From contig JYFJ02003931.1 in assembly GCA_000934665.2 (NCBI GenBank), positions 1 through 36,290 of the forward strand: a stretch of DNA of 36,290 bases, written 5' to 3'. This stretch comes from Catajapyx aquilonaris (taxonomy: Eukaryota). Shown here piece after piece: positions 1-12,840 of the stretch (the first letter of the stretch is position 1; each line of letters begins with the position of its first letter). The notes beneath the pieces are model-generated. The model had not been told where the DNA came from, searched no databases, and saw only the letters and a list, made by a program, of their open reading frames with translations. A program made the translations under genes and the position numbers.

Positions 1-65
1 TATCCGTGTTAGAGTTCCATTCAATGCTGTTACCATTCTCGTTTTTTCATACGTACGTGAAGTAC

Positions 66-155
66 GGATGTGTTTAATCCCTCTTCAATCCCTGTTAGTG
101 TCAGTAATAGGGATGTGTTTAATCCCTCTTCAATCCCTGTTAGTGTCAGTAATAG
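66..155. repeat. Perfect 45-bp tandem duplication
   Basis: ggatgtgtttaatccctcttcaatccctgttagtgtcagtaatag at 66-110 and 111-155. Confidence 0.9.
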
Positions 156-1104
156 GCTCATACAGAGCCAAAAGTAATGTTATTCATGGCAATGTGAATG
201 CTAATAAAATATGTTATTGGAGAGGTAACCTTGTCGCATTATTCTGATGTTTCAGTGAAGCCCACTATATTTTGAACTATTGACAAAATAATAGGCATGG
301 CATTGAGATTATTACACCATCGCACTAATTGGTAGGCCTACTATCTACAAGTACAAGAAAGGTTCAGCAAAGAATATCATGGTACTTACCAACGATCAGC
401 ATTGGTGATAATAACGTATGTTTTTTTGATTCACTGAAGTATCTGACCCGATATGACCATATGCCATACATGGCAAGCTCCTGTGTTGTCCATTGCCGAG
501 TGTGCGTCAAACAGCTCCAAGCACGTCTTAGGGCATTGGTGCGGTGGGGAAAGGGGGGGGGGCGCATTCCCCCTTATTTGTTTCCCTGACCCCAGTGCGT
601 AATACACATGAGAGCTAGAATAGTATGTACTCGTGAATAAACACCTTCAAGGAAGCCAAGATCACATAAGTGTATATTCGACGCTTATTTCAGTATACAA
701 CAAGTAGTGCCATTCATATGTTCAGATTGTGTGTGCCTGGGACTCAGAAACATGCGTGTATCCACAGACCAGAATATAAAGTGTATAAACCCGAGGCTTC
801 TTTCCGGCAATTCATTTCCCATGAGCCCCACCACAATGTGGCAGAATAAAAATGGTGATGCAAGTCCCAAAACGTAATTATAAGTTCACCAAGCAGGAAC
901 ATAACCTTGGAACACTTGTAACAAATAAAAAAAAGAAATGAAGCACACTGTGCCCTGTGCATCTGTGTGGTCATTTGCATCCAGCATGATTTCCTGAAAG
1001 TTAAGAAACTTATCATTACATGATATTCATTGAATGGAAAAGGTTGAGTACAAAGAACATCTCTTTTTAAATTCGGTACAAATCAAACTTACTTGGCCGT
1101 CACC

Positions 1105-3383
1105 TCAATAATCCTCAATCCAAGATGGAATTCCCGCCTTCTCCACCGTGGATTCCTCGCCTTTCGCTGCACCGCCACTTATCCCAACCTGAAAGTCCTC
1201 CGGAGTCGCCCTCCGAAAGAGGATGGCCAGCTCGCAATGTGCAGTGTGTGGAAACATATCGACAGGCACAGCTTTCTCTGGCACAAACGGAACCCCTTTG
1301 AACGTCCCCGAAGTCTGTCGTCCCATATCCACAAAGTTTTTGAGCGCAGCACGAGGATCACAAGAGAGGAACACCAGGTGCTCAATACGATCTGTCTTGC
1401 GCAGAACCATCAGTACTTTCTGATCTGGAAGTAAATGTGTAAGCGCGATATGTCATGACTTAGTCCGAATGTAAACTCACGCAATCCTGGCCTGGGGGGA
1501 TCAACGACGGCCACGACCTTCGCACTGCCGCACCAAGATATGATACTTCCCAGCATCTGCTCGGCTTTTCCGACGAAGAACTGGCAGTTGCTTATTCCGT
1601 TGTCTTTTGCGTTATGCCTTGCGTCCTCAACTGCTTGCGGAACCATCTCCACCCCCATCACCTGTTACGTTCGAAATATAAGTAGAGATGTGGACCCAAT
1701 TGTACCTAATTATCCTGACCTGAGCACAGTTCTTGGCGAGGCTGATCCCAATGGTGCCTGTCCCACAGCATATGTCCAGCAAAGCCGTGTCCGGTCCCAC
1801 ATTCGCCAACTCCCCGACGGTCGAGTAAAGCACTTCAGCTGCAGCCGCATTCACTTGAAAGAACGCCTCGGGGGAGACCCTAAAGCGGAGATCTCCCAGC
1901 TGCTCCTGGATATGCGTCTGCCCCCACACATGCTCCGTCGGACGAGATGAGTCCGCCTCCCTAAGTGCAAGCGAGGCATAATAATTCAATGATGCTTCAG
2001 TACAAACGCGGACAACTCACTTCTTAGCAAATGCCTGAAAGTAGAGGGCGGTGACGCCACATGTCTTGCCATCTCCTTCAGTAAAGAAGGTCTTGACGTC
2101 TTCCTTCATGGCGGCCACCTCCTCTTTGGTCATGGCCTGCGGATGAACCACCACCACCAGCAACAGGTCGCCATTTCGACTGGTCCGCACAGTCAGCTGC
2201 CGCCAGTATCCCTCGTGCGTCTCGGGGTTGTACGGAGGTTTGTCCGAGGCTCTGACAAACTGTTCAAAAGCAGCCACGGCATTCTTCATGGGCTGCGGAA
2301 GATGGCAGAGGTGCCCAGGAGGTCCAACGCCCATCGATCCTTCCTTGTACGACGCCACACGGAAACCAACAGTGCACTCGTCTGTCTTTGGATTCAGGCC
2401 TGAAATGTCGTTCATTAGCATACACTGCACATTACGCATGCAGGCTGTACTTACCGACAGTAAATTCGCACTTGTTTCGGTAGCCTTCTTCGACCGGCGA
2501 CTGCCTGATTGGCTCCAACGGGCAGACCATACCATCGTACTTCTCTTTCTGGCTCTCGACCCAACCCCGCAGCTCCGAGTTGGACTCCTGAAGCTGCCTT
2601 GCCATCACACGCAGCACCTTCTTCATATTATCAACCTTTTGCTCCAACTGCAACCGCACGCATTAGCAGATAATGAAGTTGGAACTGGCTTATTGTAACG
2701 AACCTGCTCCTCCAGAGGCATGTTCCAAAGCGGAATAGTGGCAGCCTGAACCTGCTCCTCCAGACTCATGCTCAGCTTCAGCCGCTTGGCCTCTGTCGCT
2801 TCCTCGCTTCCCTCCGCATCTCTCCTGCGCTTCACCAGTGGATCCGCCACCGCCTTGGCCGGCTCGGCTGAAAGCGTACAGTTCTTCCACTTGTATCCAT
2901 GCAGAACGGACAGCGCCTTCTGTCTGTCCGCCTCGCTCTTGAAGCACACGAATATCCACGGGGAACGAAGCCGCGGCGGCTTCACCTTATGCGCGTTCAG
3001 GCACAGCTTGTTGTTCAACAGCTTTTTCAATTGCTAACAAGAAGCAAATACGTAACATGTGACAATGCAGGTGCGTGTTATACTTACGCCCAATCCGTAA
3101 AACTTCGGGAGCCCACGAATCTCAATCTTGAAGTTTTCAGACGAAAACTCATCCCGTTGCAGGTACGCATACGGATCATTTTTCTTTTCTTCAGCGGTAT
3201 CGTCCTGCTCGGTACCTGCGGACAATAAATGTTAAATCACAGACGGGGAGTTTACGCATCGTTTTACCTACTTGTAACGGTGGCACTGTTGGTCTCCTCT
3301 TGCGTACCATTCCCATCGAATGTAGCCTCAACTTCCGCAGTACATTCAGCCTCCTCCGCAACTACGGTCGCATTGTCCGCCAT
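1105..3383 (-). CDS. TRMT2A: tRNA (uracil-5-)-methyltransferase homolog A (m5U54 methyltransferase), 8 coding exons, 627 aa
   Basis: Exons 3383-3272, 3215-3088, 3033-2704, 2647-2455, 2399-2021, 1960-1720, 1661-1481, 1424-1105. All introns GT-AG, phases consistent, total 1884 nt. Motifs: FSSENFKIEIRGLP (RRM start), YRNKCEFTVG, GYWRQLTVR, FRVSPEAFFQVN, LLDICCGTGTIG (SAM binding), VVDPPRPGLH, FLSCDP (catalytic Cys), VDMFPHTAHCE. Confidence 0.95.
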
Positions 3384-3784
3384 GGTACGACTGAAATAAA
3401 GTGCATCGTTACAAACCTGTTAAAAGACTCAACGGTGCTAATTACTGCATACTTCAAGTCCTGGTCCTTCTCACAGTCCAGTTAGTGTCCAGCAAGTGTC
3501 CAGCAAGTGTCCATCAGCAGTCAGCCATATGCCAACCCTACAGAGCTCCAACATGGCAGCCTCCATGCCCCCCCCCCCCCCCCATTAATTNTTAATTATA
3601 AAAATTAAAACCAGTTTATGAACCAAACATGGCTTTAATTAGATGTAATTAATTGAGCAATTGCGTTGTTATTAAAATGATGCAGCGTTGCCGTGCTAGT
3701 GAAAGTCAATATGGATGCCTACTGGTGGTGACTTATCTGATTTTTTTGCTAATTTTTTAATTATTTAATTAACTAAAGCAGGTA
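3384..3784. promoter_or_regulatory. Probable bidirectional promoter and 5' UTRs shared by TRMT2A and PEX12
   Basis: Divergent ATGs at 3383 (-) and 3785 (+) leave 401 bp. Contains a YY1-like AACATGGC at 3550-3557 and a poly-C run next to an N at 3591. Confidence 0.6.
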
Positions 3785-5013
3785 ATGGCCGAGTCTGCAG
3801 CTAACCTGACTGGTACTACACGCCAGAAGCCATCGATATTCGAAGTTGTAGCACAGGAGAACTTGGACGCAACGATACAACCAGCCGTGTACCATGTTGC
3901 GAGGGTACCCGTTCGCATCGACATATCCGTAATGCCCATAATACAAATTTTAAAATTTCAGGTTCTGGCTACTTATTATCCGGCCAAGTTTTCCTGGCTG
4001 ACACGTTGGTTCGATGAGATTTTTTTGGCGCTTAACTTCGCCTTGCAGTCGCAGTCGCTCACGACTTATGGTACGTTTATTGCGACAAGCACGGACCGAG
4101 CTTAATACGTCAATTGCAGGTAGTTCGCTTGCGGAGAGCTTCTACGGCTTGGAGCGCATACCGGTGCAGGATGGAAAGCCGCGGTTCGGTCCACTACCGA
4201 AGCGGGCATACCGCCTATCGCTTGTGTTCTTAGTCCTGCTGCCGTACCTCAGACGGAAGGCGGAGAAGCTGTATGAAGAGTTGAAGTTCAACCAGGCTGA
4301 AGGCCGGTTGTCGGATAAGGTACAGTTCATCCAACGCTAGCCGTGCAGCATTAATGTGGAAGTCATTTTGCAGGATTATGAGGATAAGCTGCGACGTGCG
4401 TTCATGGCGACCTTTCCGTTTCTACATATGACCTTTGAATCGGCAGTACTGTACTACAACGTAGCGTACATGGCCCAGAAGTCGCGGTACCACAACCCGT
4501 TGCTGAAGTTGGCTGGAGTTGAACTCAAGTACGATTCGGAAGGAAAGCTGAAGGAGATGGAGAGGCGACAGGCCGAGCTGTTCAGCTGGCAGTCGTGGAA
4601 GTGAGTACGCAGCTTGGTGTAACCAGGATACGACTCATTCCTTTTCTCCATGCAGCACGCTTCGTCGCTTCGGCTGCTCGGCAACTCGAGGGGGTGTCCA
4701 GCTTCTGTTTTGGGGCCTGGAAGCCTCGTCGTACTTTCTCCAGTGCCTGGAATGGTGGTTTGCTAGCGAGCATACTGCGGATCTGACCGCCCTTCCTGCT
4801 CCTCCGCCTCCTCCGTACGCAACACGCATGCTGGATCGCAGTTGCCCCATCTGCTGCAGAGAAAGAAGAAACGAGGCTGCACTGAGTGTGTCTGGATATG
4901 TCTTCTGCTACGCTTGTATTTTCCGTCACTTGAAGGAGCACGGAACATGCCCTGTCACGGGATACTCGGCGACGGTAGATGAGCTCGTTAGGCTCTTTCC
5001 ACCGACCCAGTAA
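3785..5013 (+). CDS. PEX12: Peroxisome assembly protein 12 (RING peroxin), 5 coding exons, 337 aa
   Basis: Exons 3785-3904, 3962-4070, 4120-4319, 4374-4600, 4656-5013; GT-AG introns, total 1014 nt. Motifs: KPSIFEVVAQE, WFDEIF, SLAESFYGL, FLQCLEWW, LPAPPPP and the degenerate C-terminal RING CPIC...SGYVFCYACI...CPVT. Confidence 0.95.
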
Positions 5014-5240
5014 TGTCCGCCCTTCTCTCGTGTACTGTGATGACCAAATGTTTGTAAACTACCGTTTATTGTTGACCCGGCAATACTCTGTAAATAGCGT
5101 AGTCAGATTTTTGCGCAATGCTGATCTCAAGAAGAGAAGTCTGCATTCAGTTGGCATTACGTAAAATTTGATTTTTTAATGTGACGATATTATTTACCCT
5201 CAGGTAGTGGGTCATTCCAATATTGCATTTTGGATCTGGA

Positions 5241-5318
5241 TTTTTTTTCCCTGAATAATTTCGATCCGTTAGTTGAATTTGTGGATGCGGAACCTGCGGA
5301 TGTGGAGTGCCGACTGTA
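5241..5318 (+). mobile_element. Right terminus fragment of a pogo/Tigger (MER2-like) DNA transposon
   Basis: tttcgatccgttagttgaatttgtggatgcggaacctgcggatgtggagtgccgactg+TA resembles, from memory, the MER2/Tigger 3' end ...GCGGATGCGGAACCCGCGGATACGGAGGGCCGACTG followed by a TA target site. Left end not found. Confidence 0.6.
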
Positions 5319-6689
5319 CTTATCCGATGGTCATTTACAATAAGTGTAACAATTTGTAATACATGAAGTCCTATTCACACGTGATTGGTATACATTCCCC
5401 TGCACAAACAGCCATCACGATGTATACAGTATTTGGTGAAAAGTTTGTAAATAATGTACATTTAACGTAGGGGAATAACGGTACGGTTGGTTGCATCAGA
5501 ATAATATATATTTTTACGCATTTATGCCACACCTTGTAACAATGGATTTGTATAAACTTGGTTAAGTACGACCAGATTTTTTTAAAGGCGTAACGTAATG
5601 TGTGAAGTTCTCCACATGTTTATCATGCAATCTATCCATTACAGTCATTTTCCTTTGTTTCGCCGTTCCCACTTGATTATAATCAATTTCCCATCTAACT
5701 GACATTAATTGCGTATGATAAACAATAGAACTGGTTGCTGATGGCATCTTATATTGATACATTAAGATGACCTCTCAACACCTACGTCTTCCTCATCTTC
5801 CCGCAAAGACTGATGCCCGATCCCGCTGGGTCACATTCCGCTAACAATACTGTACATGCAATAAAAGCAATTTTATTCAGGTTCAATCCTGATTACCAAT
5901 GTGCAATTTTACTTTATGTGTATGTTGCATCACCTGGCGCAAATTCGATGCCGAATGCCCCAGGGGTCTAAAAGGTAGCCGATTGTGAAGCACACTTGTT
6001 GCGACTAATTTCACGCACTTCGGCTCAGGAATCAATTACCAAGTGCAAATTACCCTAAGTCGCTTATTAGAATCTTGCGAAATCTGCACAAGCACAATCA
6101 ATGGGTGATCTGTGTAAGTAATATTTTGACAATTATTTTCGAAAAACTGTTGAGAGGAGCTTAGTGTTTATTGGCCCGGCTGCTTCATTACTGAAGGTAA
6201 TTATTAAACTTGGAGGAAAAAGAGGTGTGAAGTAGACCGGACTTAATTACGGTTAACACTCATTTCCACAGGGCCTTAATGAATTGTCCCCCAGACGACT
6301 CCATAATGTGATGAAGGCGACTTGGCTCTCACAGTTGGGACGCCCCATGCACTTAATTATAATAATGTGGGAATTAACATAAATGCAATTTACAGTCTTG
6401 GAGCAGTGCAGTATGTACTGTGAGTACACAGTACTGCAGGCGGAAATAATTCTGCAAGTTTACTACGCTTACGTGCTCTTTACTTATCCAGTTCATGGAT
6501 CTCAACACATGCTACGGTAAGTTCGTGTGGAATTTAAACTTTCTTAAACAAAATTTCAAAAAAGAAGCGTTTAAACGCAAGGGACTAAATCCTGGTTTAA
6601 ATCTCCGCTGGTTGGAACAAGCCAAAATTTAATGTTGACCTTGTACAAACTGTTTGATTTTTTAAAAAATTTACTTAGTCTAGCTATTG

Positions 6690-7520
6690 CTACAGTTATT
6701 TATAGTTTATAGATATTTATAATTAACAGATCTAATTGCTAGTTTAAAAGCCTTTAAAACTAATTTAATTATTATTATTACAGTTATTGACAGTTATGGC
6801 TGTTGTAGTTATTGATATAGTTATGGCTGTTGTAGTTATTGATAGTTTGTAATTTGATAGTTATAGTTATTTATAATTAACTGATTTAATTGTTATTTTT
6901 AAGCCTTCTAAAACATTGTTTGAATTTTTACTTCTATAGTGGTTGATATAGTTATAGTTCTGGATATTAGTTATTGATAGTTTCAGTTATTTACTATCAA
7001 CTGATTTAATTTTGCTATTTTAAAACCTTTTAAACTACTTCTTTGAATTTTTAATTCTATAGATATAGATAGGCTACTTATACTTATTGTTATTTATAGT
7101 TTTATTTATTGATATAGTTATAGATAGTTTTATTTATTGATATAGTTATAGATAGTTTTGGTAATTGATATAAGTTATGTTTATTGATATATTTATTTAT
7201 ATTTTGATTTATTGATATATTTATTTATATTTTGATTTATTGATAGTTTTATTTATTGATATAAGTTATAGTTATTGATAGTTTTGGTGATTGATATAAG
7301 TTATGTTTATTGATATAGTTATTTATAGTTTTATTTATTGATATAGTTATTTATAGTTTTATTTATTGATATTACATGGCAGCTGTAGATAGTTTTGGTA
7401 ATTGATAGGTTATGTTTATTGATTATTTACGCAGTTATAGTTGTTTATTGATATGGTTATTAATAGTTATAGTTGTTTATTGATATGGTTATTAATAGTT
7501 AGGTATAGTTATTTATTATT
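6690..7520. repeat. AT-rich degenerate minisatellite (tttattgatatagttat units)
   Basis: Many tandem variants of ttattgatatagttat/atttat with periods of about 26-28 bp. Confidence 0.85.
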
Positions 7521-9194
7521 AACCGATTTAAACGCTGGTAATAGTGGTAAACCCTGCTTAATTCAGCGCCACTTTATTTTAATCGGCATTAAATGACTAC
7601 GTCATTACCGCCATCTGGTGGAACAATATCTTCACTATTGACGTCGTCTGACCCCAATAATTCGCAATAACAGTCGAAAAAAGCTTTCGAGGCAATAAAA
7701 ATGGCAAGCAATAAGCTGCTGTTGCTATAATATCGAAAAAGGAAGCCGTTAAACTGACAGAAGTTTGGCACATGACCTGGCTCTCCAACTCTAGAGAGAC
7801 TATTTCGCAAGTTGCCAATTTCTCTTTAGTTCCATGTGGAGATTAACGAACCGAGAGGGCGCTAAAAAATTGGTTTACCCTTTCCCCCCACCCTCCCCTC
7901 ACCCCCTCTCTTCAACTCAAGCCAAAAACCCCTCAAAAGAAAGTGCGTGCCAAGTTTTGTCGGGTGCATGTTTGGTATCGGCGGTTCTCCAACTTTGCAG
8001 ACTGCGTTACACATTTGCATACAATTTTTCGAAAAAAAATATTGATGTAATGTATGCTCTTTATCTTCGCTGCACGTTACACGCTCATAATGCGAATTAG
8101 AATCAGATTTGAATATTTTGGCGATTTATTTGATGAAAATTCGGCATACAAAAGAGCATGATTCGAGTAGACTTTTCCTCATCAGGCAGTGAGAAATGAG
8201 GCTGATGATAACTTGTTGAATACGATACGATACGACGCGACAATGACATGGAATGGTATCAGTCTCATTTCCCCCCGTTGCTAGGCAACCGTATATGGAA
8301 AAACCGTAAGTTGACTATTGGGTCACGCTGAATCCGAATCCGAAAGCCGTCTGTCGCTGTCTCTTGCGGTTTAGGCCCTGATACCTGTCCACAGACAGAC
8401 GGACAGACAGAGCCGTTATAGAAATCAGTAGACAGAGAAAAATACTACAAATGCGGGATGTGCAGATATGACGTTTTTTCTTATGAAGTCCGCCCACATG
8501 TTTGACGCCCTTAATCACGTTACATGTTGGTTTATCCACATTTCACGCCTCTACATTTTCGACTCATTTTGGTCCAATCTATCCGTACACAAATTTTCCG
8601 TCGCTTTAGACGCGTTTGAACCCATTTTTTCCAGGGTTTTTCTGCCGGCGAATATTCCGGGGCGAGATGTGCCGCATATCCGGATATCCCCTCCGGGTGT
8701 GTCCAAAGTTGGCAGACATGTCACCTCCCGCCCCCCAACACACCCCCGCCCCCCTATTTCCGACCAACCCACCCCCCAATGATGAAAATGGGAAGTGTGG
8801 AGCGCGCGCGCCGAAAACTCCTCTCTCCCTCGCCCCATCACCCCCGTTCCCCCTCACTCAAAACCTCCTCTTTCCCTCTCTCTCCCCCTCCCCCGCAAAA
8901 TTCGCCCGCCCCCTCTCCAACCCCCTCCCCGCCGCCCCCCATGTCTTTTCTGGCTCTATCCGTAGGCCATCCTCCTCAGTGAGTGCCAAGGCGCCATAGT
9001 GTGAGGGTTGCTCCTAATACCCATTGCATTTGGTCAACTGTGACATGTGATGTGACCTGGGGAGGTCACATGTGGGGTCGATGGTGAGTAATTATCATTT
9101 ATGGAGAGTTTGAATCCGGTTGATACAATTAACTAGCGGTTAATGATTAATTAGGTGTTTCATTAGAAGAAACGCGTGCCAAATTGCAATTAAC

Positions 9195-10032
9195 TAATTA
9201 TTAATAATAAATAAATTGTTGATAACATTAACAAGGAGACATAAAGATATGTTCAATTACATTTTACTTATTATTTAATTATTTAACTTATTAAAATTAA
9301 TGTGACTGCTGGCAGTGCCCATTCGCGGTAAGGCCCTCCAAATAATCATAATAATTAATTGTTAATTGTTAATAACAATAACAAGGAGACAAAGATATGT
9401 TCAATTACATTTACTTATTGTTTAATTATTTTATTTATTAAAATTAGTATGCCTGGCAGTGCACCATTCGCGGTAAGGCCCTCCAAATAATTATAATAAT
9501 TAATAATTAATTGTTAATAACAATAACAAGGAGACAACGATCTGTTCAAAAACATTTTACTTATTAAAATATTTGTGACACTCCTGGTTATAACTAATCA
9601 ACAATTTATTATTAATTTTTAATTATTATAATTATTTAGTAGCCTTAATTGCGAGTGGTGTACTGCTATACATACTAATTTTAATAAGCAAAATGTAATT
9701 GACGATATTATTAGATGCCATTTTTTGGCCAAAATGTCTTCCCCATGTGTTTAATTACATTATTTAAATTTTGATTTTAATGTTAATTATAGTTTGGCTG
9801 GCCTTATCGCGAGTGGTTCATGCCACACTAATTTTAATAAATGCAATTAAAGATATCTTTATTAGGGTGCGACCGGGTGCGACATTTTGCAAATTTTTTG
9901 GCCAAAATGTATATCCCACGTGTCTAATTACATTATTGAAATTTTGATTTTAATTTTAATTATTCGGCGGGCGTAATCGCGAGTCATTCCCTTCCATACT
10001 AATTTTAATACAAATGTAATAGTTGAACATGT
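9195..10032. repeat. Fold-back array: about 2.5 direct copies of a ~150-bp unit followed by 3 diverged inverted copies
   Basis: Core ggcagtg(c)accattcgcggtaaggccctccaaataat at about 9311 and 9455; reverse-complement variants gcctt(a)at(t)cgcgagtggt...catactaattttaat at about 9640, 9800 and 9970. Confidence 0.7.
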
Positions 10033-10464
10033 CATCATTAGGACCTAACAATTTTTTTGCGAAAATTTTGGGCAAAATTATTACCCCCCACGTGTTTATG
10101 ATTTTCGTGCGCGTGTGTCCCACATTTCGCGATTTAACCCATCAAAACAAAAGTCTGTTCCACTGCCAAAACCCGTTACTTGATGTAACGTTACGTTTTG
10201 TTTGCTATGCAATGTTGGGTTCATTTCGCACGACCTTTATTTTTTTGCATTTTTTTTGCAACACTCCACCGACCAGCTCGCCAATGTCAAGGGATATTCT
10301 TATGGGATTACACGCTGTGTCGTGGGCAACTATTGCGTGCAAACTTCCTATCTCTTCGTTGCAATTGGCCCCCATCGGTCATAAATCATGGTCAGCAAAA
10401 AAGCTAAGCTTCAAGGACAATAATTTTTGCCTGCGAAATATTTGCACATTGTGATGTGATATAG

Positions 10465-10662
10465 TGACGGTGTCTCTGTGGGATGCTGGAGCAAATAATT
10501 TTGATCAGACGGTGTCTCTGTGTGATGCTGCAGAAAATAATTTTGATTATAGACAGCGTCTCTGTGTGATGCTGGGGTGATCAGACGGTGTCTCTGTGTG
10601 ATGCTGCAGAAAATAATTATGATTAGACAGTGTCTCCATATGATGCTGCAGCAAATAATTCG
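10465..10662. repeat. Minisatellite, 30-45 bp unit gacggtgtctctgtgtgatgctgcagaaaataatt, about 5 copies
   Basis: Directly visible tandem copies. Confidence 0.85.
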
Positions 10663-11394
10663 GACAATCACTCCAGAAGTGTTGGCCAGCTTACAAATAG
10701 TATCCACGACTATGCACTCTAGGAAGTACTATTTTTTTGCTACAATCCCCATTCTTCCGCTCAAAATTTTTGGCAATCTTCCCAGCCCATATTACACATT
10801 ACAACCAGAGAGGAATTTCGCAGCTTCCTCTCTCCTGCATGACAGACCCCCTCGCTTTTCCTCAGCTATTCATCATGAAGTCGTCATGGTAACCAGACAC
10901 AGCATCACCTTGTACCTTTTTTTTGCATGATTAGAGAGACCTGATTTAACTAGGGATTCCTAGAAAATGTGCGCTCATTTTGAGAGGAGATTTCCATGGC
11001 AACCTGGGTTTGTCCAGCAGCCGGACACCAATTAAAACCGGTTGCAACATCATGGAGCGTCATATGTTGCACTGAGGGTGTGCTGTTTAAGTCCAGAGGA
11101 NGGATCGATTCTTGTCCCCCCCCCCCCCCTTCATTGCAAAAGGGGGAGTTTCTAGGCTAGGGGAGGAGGGTGGGTGACATATAAAAATCCTCTCACAAAT
11201 CGACTGCTTCTGGGTTCTTTTACCCTGAGTCATATGGCCGAGAAGAAGACAACGCTGGAAAATCGCGACGCCAAATTGTCCCAAGTGCCCTCCCTGTTAG
11301 TATATGTCGCCAAGATTCGTATGGACGCAGTTTATATAGGACTGCGATAAAAGGCTTGGCCTACATGCCACTCACAATTTTGTTGTAATAAATA

Positions 11395-11709
11395 TGGCGT
11401 TTGCAGATATGTTCACTTCAGCTGTATCTAAAGATGTCGAGTGTAAGCCGAAAGAAAGCGTAGATGCACGCTTCTTTTGTTGTAAACTTCTGAGGCGGGA
11501 AGTGGGAGCGCAAATATGGCGGCGGTTGCCGGTTAGCGCATGCACGTTGCCCGGCTTGTGAATACAATTTAATGACCAGCTGGCGTTTGCAGATATGTTC
11601 ACTTCAGGTGTATCTAAAGATGTCGAGTGTAAGCCGAAAGAAAAAGTCCAGGCGGAAATATCCTGTTGTAAACTTCTGAGGCGGGAAGTGGCAAATATGG
11701 CGGCGGTTG
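11395..11709. repeat. Diverged direct duplication of about 130 bp, period about 186 bp
   Basis: tggcgtttgcagatatgttcacttcag...aaatatggcggcggttg at about 11395-11528 and 11581-11709. Confidence 0.85.
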
Positions 11710-12840
11710 GTGAATGGCGCATGCGCATCGTCCGGGATGATCCTAACTGAGGCGTTGTGGTGACATTATTATCAGGCAAATCCTAATATGACGGCGTCCA
11801 GTGACACGCTGACCAGAAGCGAAAGTATAAAGGTGAAAATTGCTTAGCTTTTTCCAAATGCAGGCCAAGGATGTTAGCCTCGAGCTAGAAGACACAAGGA
11901 AGGGACTGTTACATTCTTGATGAACCGGTTCAAGGAAAAAGAAGTGGCCATTTTTTTTTTCATTCCACCTCTCTCTCATCCTGTATACCCCGTGCCCTAC
12001 CAGAACTCGCCTTATTCAACCCCGAGGCATGAAGGTGGGTCAATCAACTCACTTTCCCTTTCTCTACCAGATTATAGCTATCAAATCTACCTTATTTGGC
12101 ATCATGTTTTGGCAATATCACTGGGTTACTATTCCATTATAAAATAATTTGACATTTATACATACAGAACAAAATTTGCATGATTCATGAACCTCCATGG
12201 AAAATTGCATTTGACGAATACTACTGTCATTTTTTTGCATATTGTAACTAGCAATTCCCAAATGCTAAAAAATTATTTCACATATTACACAACAAGTACG
12301 GGGAAACATATCCAAGGACATTTGGTTGCGTAATATTAATTATTGTTTTTTCCCCGTGACTTTGAAAAGTATGATTCTCACCATATGTACACACTAAATG
12401 GCGGGGTGTAGTGTGTCGAACTTTAGCTACGCCACTACCATTCTGGAAGAGGAGAGGAGGGGAGAGAGCTAGGAGAGTATATGGCTAGGGCACACGGGGA
12501 GAGAGATATTGATTCAACTCTGTTCTTGGTGTGGTGAGCTTCTACTCCTCTCGCAGCTTCGAAATTTTCTTTTTCTGGTACACGGATGCAGGATAACCAA
12601 AAGGTAACAATAACAGAGGATTTTTTGGGGACATTTTGGATGGTTAGACACACCCTTGATAGATGGCGGGCTAGGTCGGTGTGACGTGTGGGATCTGTCA
12701 CGGTATGTCACGCTGGATTCCGGATATAAATTTTATTTTTAATGCAAATTTCTGTACGAGTAATTTACATGTTGACAGTGAAATAGGAAAAGGACACCTA
12801 ATGAGGATGGTAATTTTAATTTAATTTAATTAGACACCTA

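Noticed and set aside
1105..1107. TRMT2A TGA as selenocysteine (TGA-GGT)
   Set aside because: The protein is already full length with its catalytic Cys intact, and I could not identify a SECIS element downstream.
8468..8999. Pro-rich ORFs in the C-rich tract
   Set aside because: Open frames arise from C-run composition within a probable repeat element; no recognisable protein. G-quadruplex potential on the minus strand is plausible but unremarkable.
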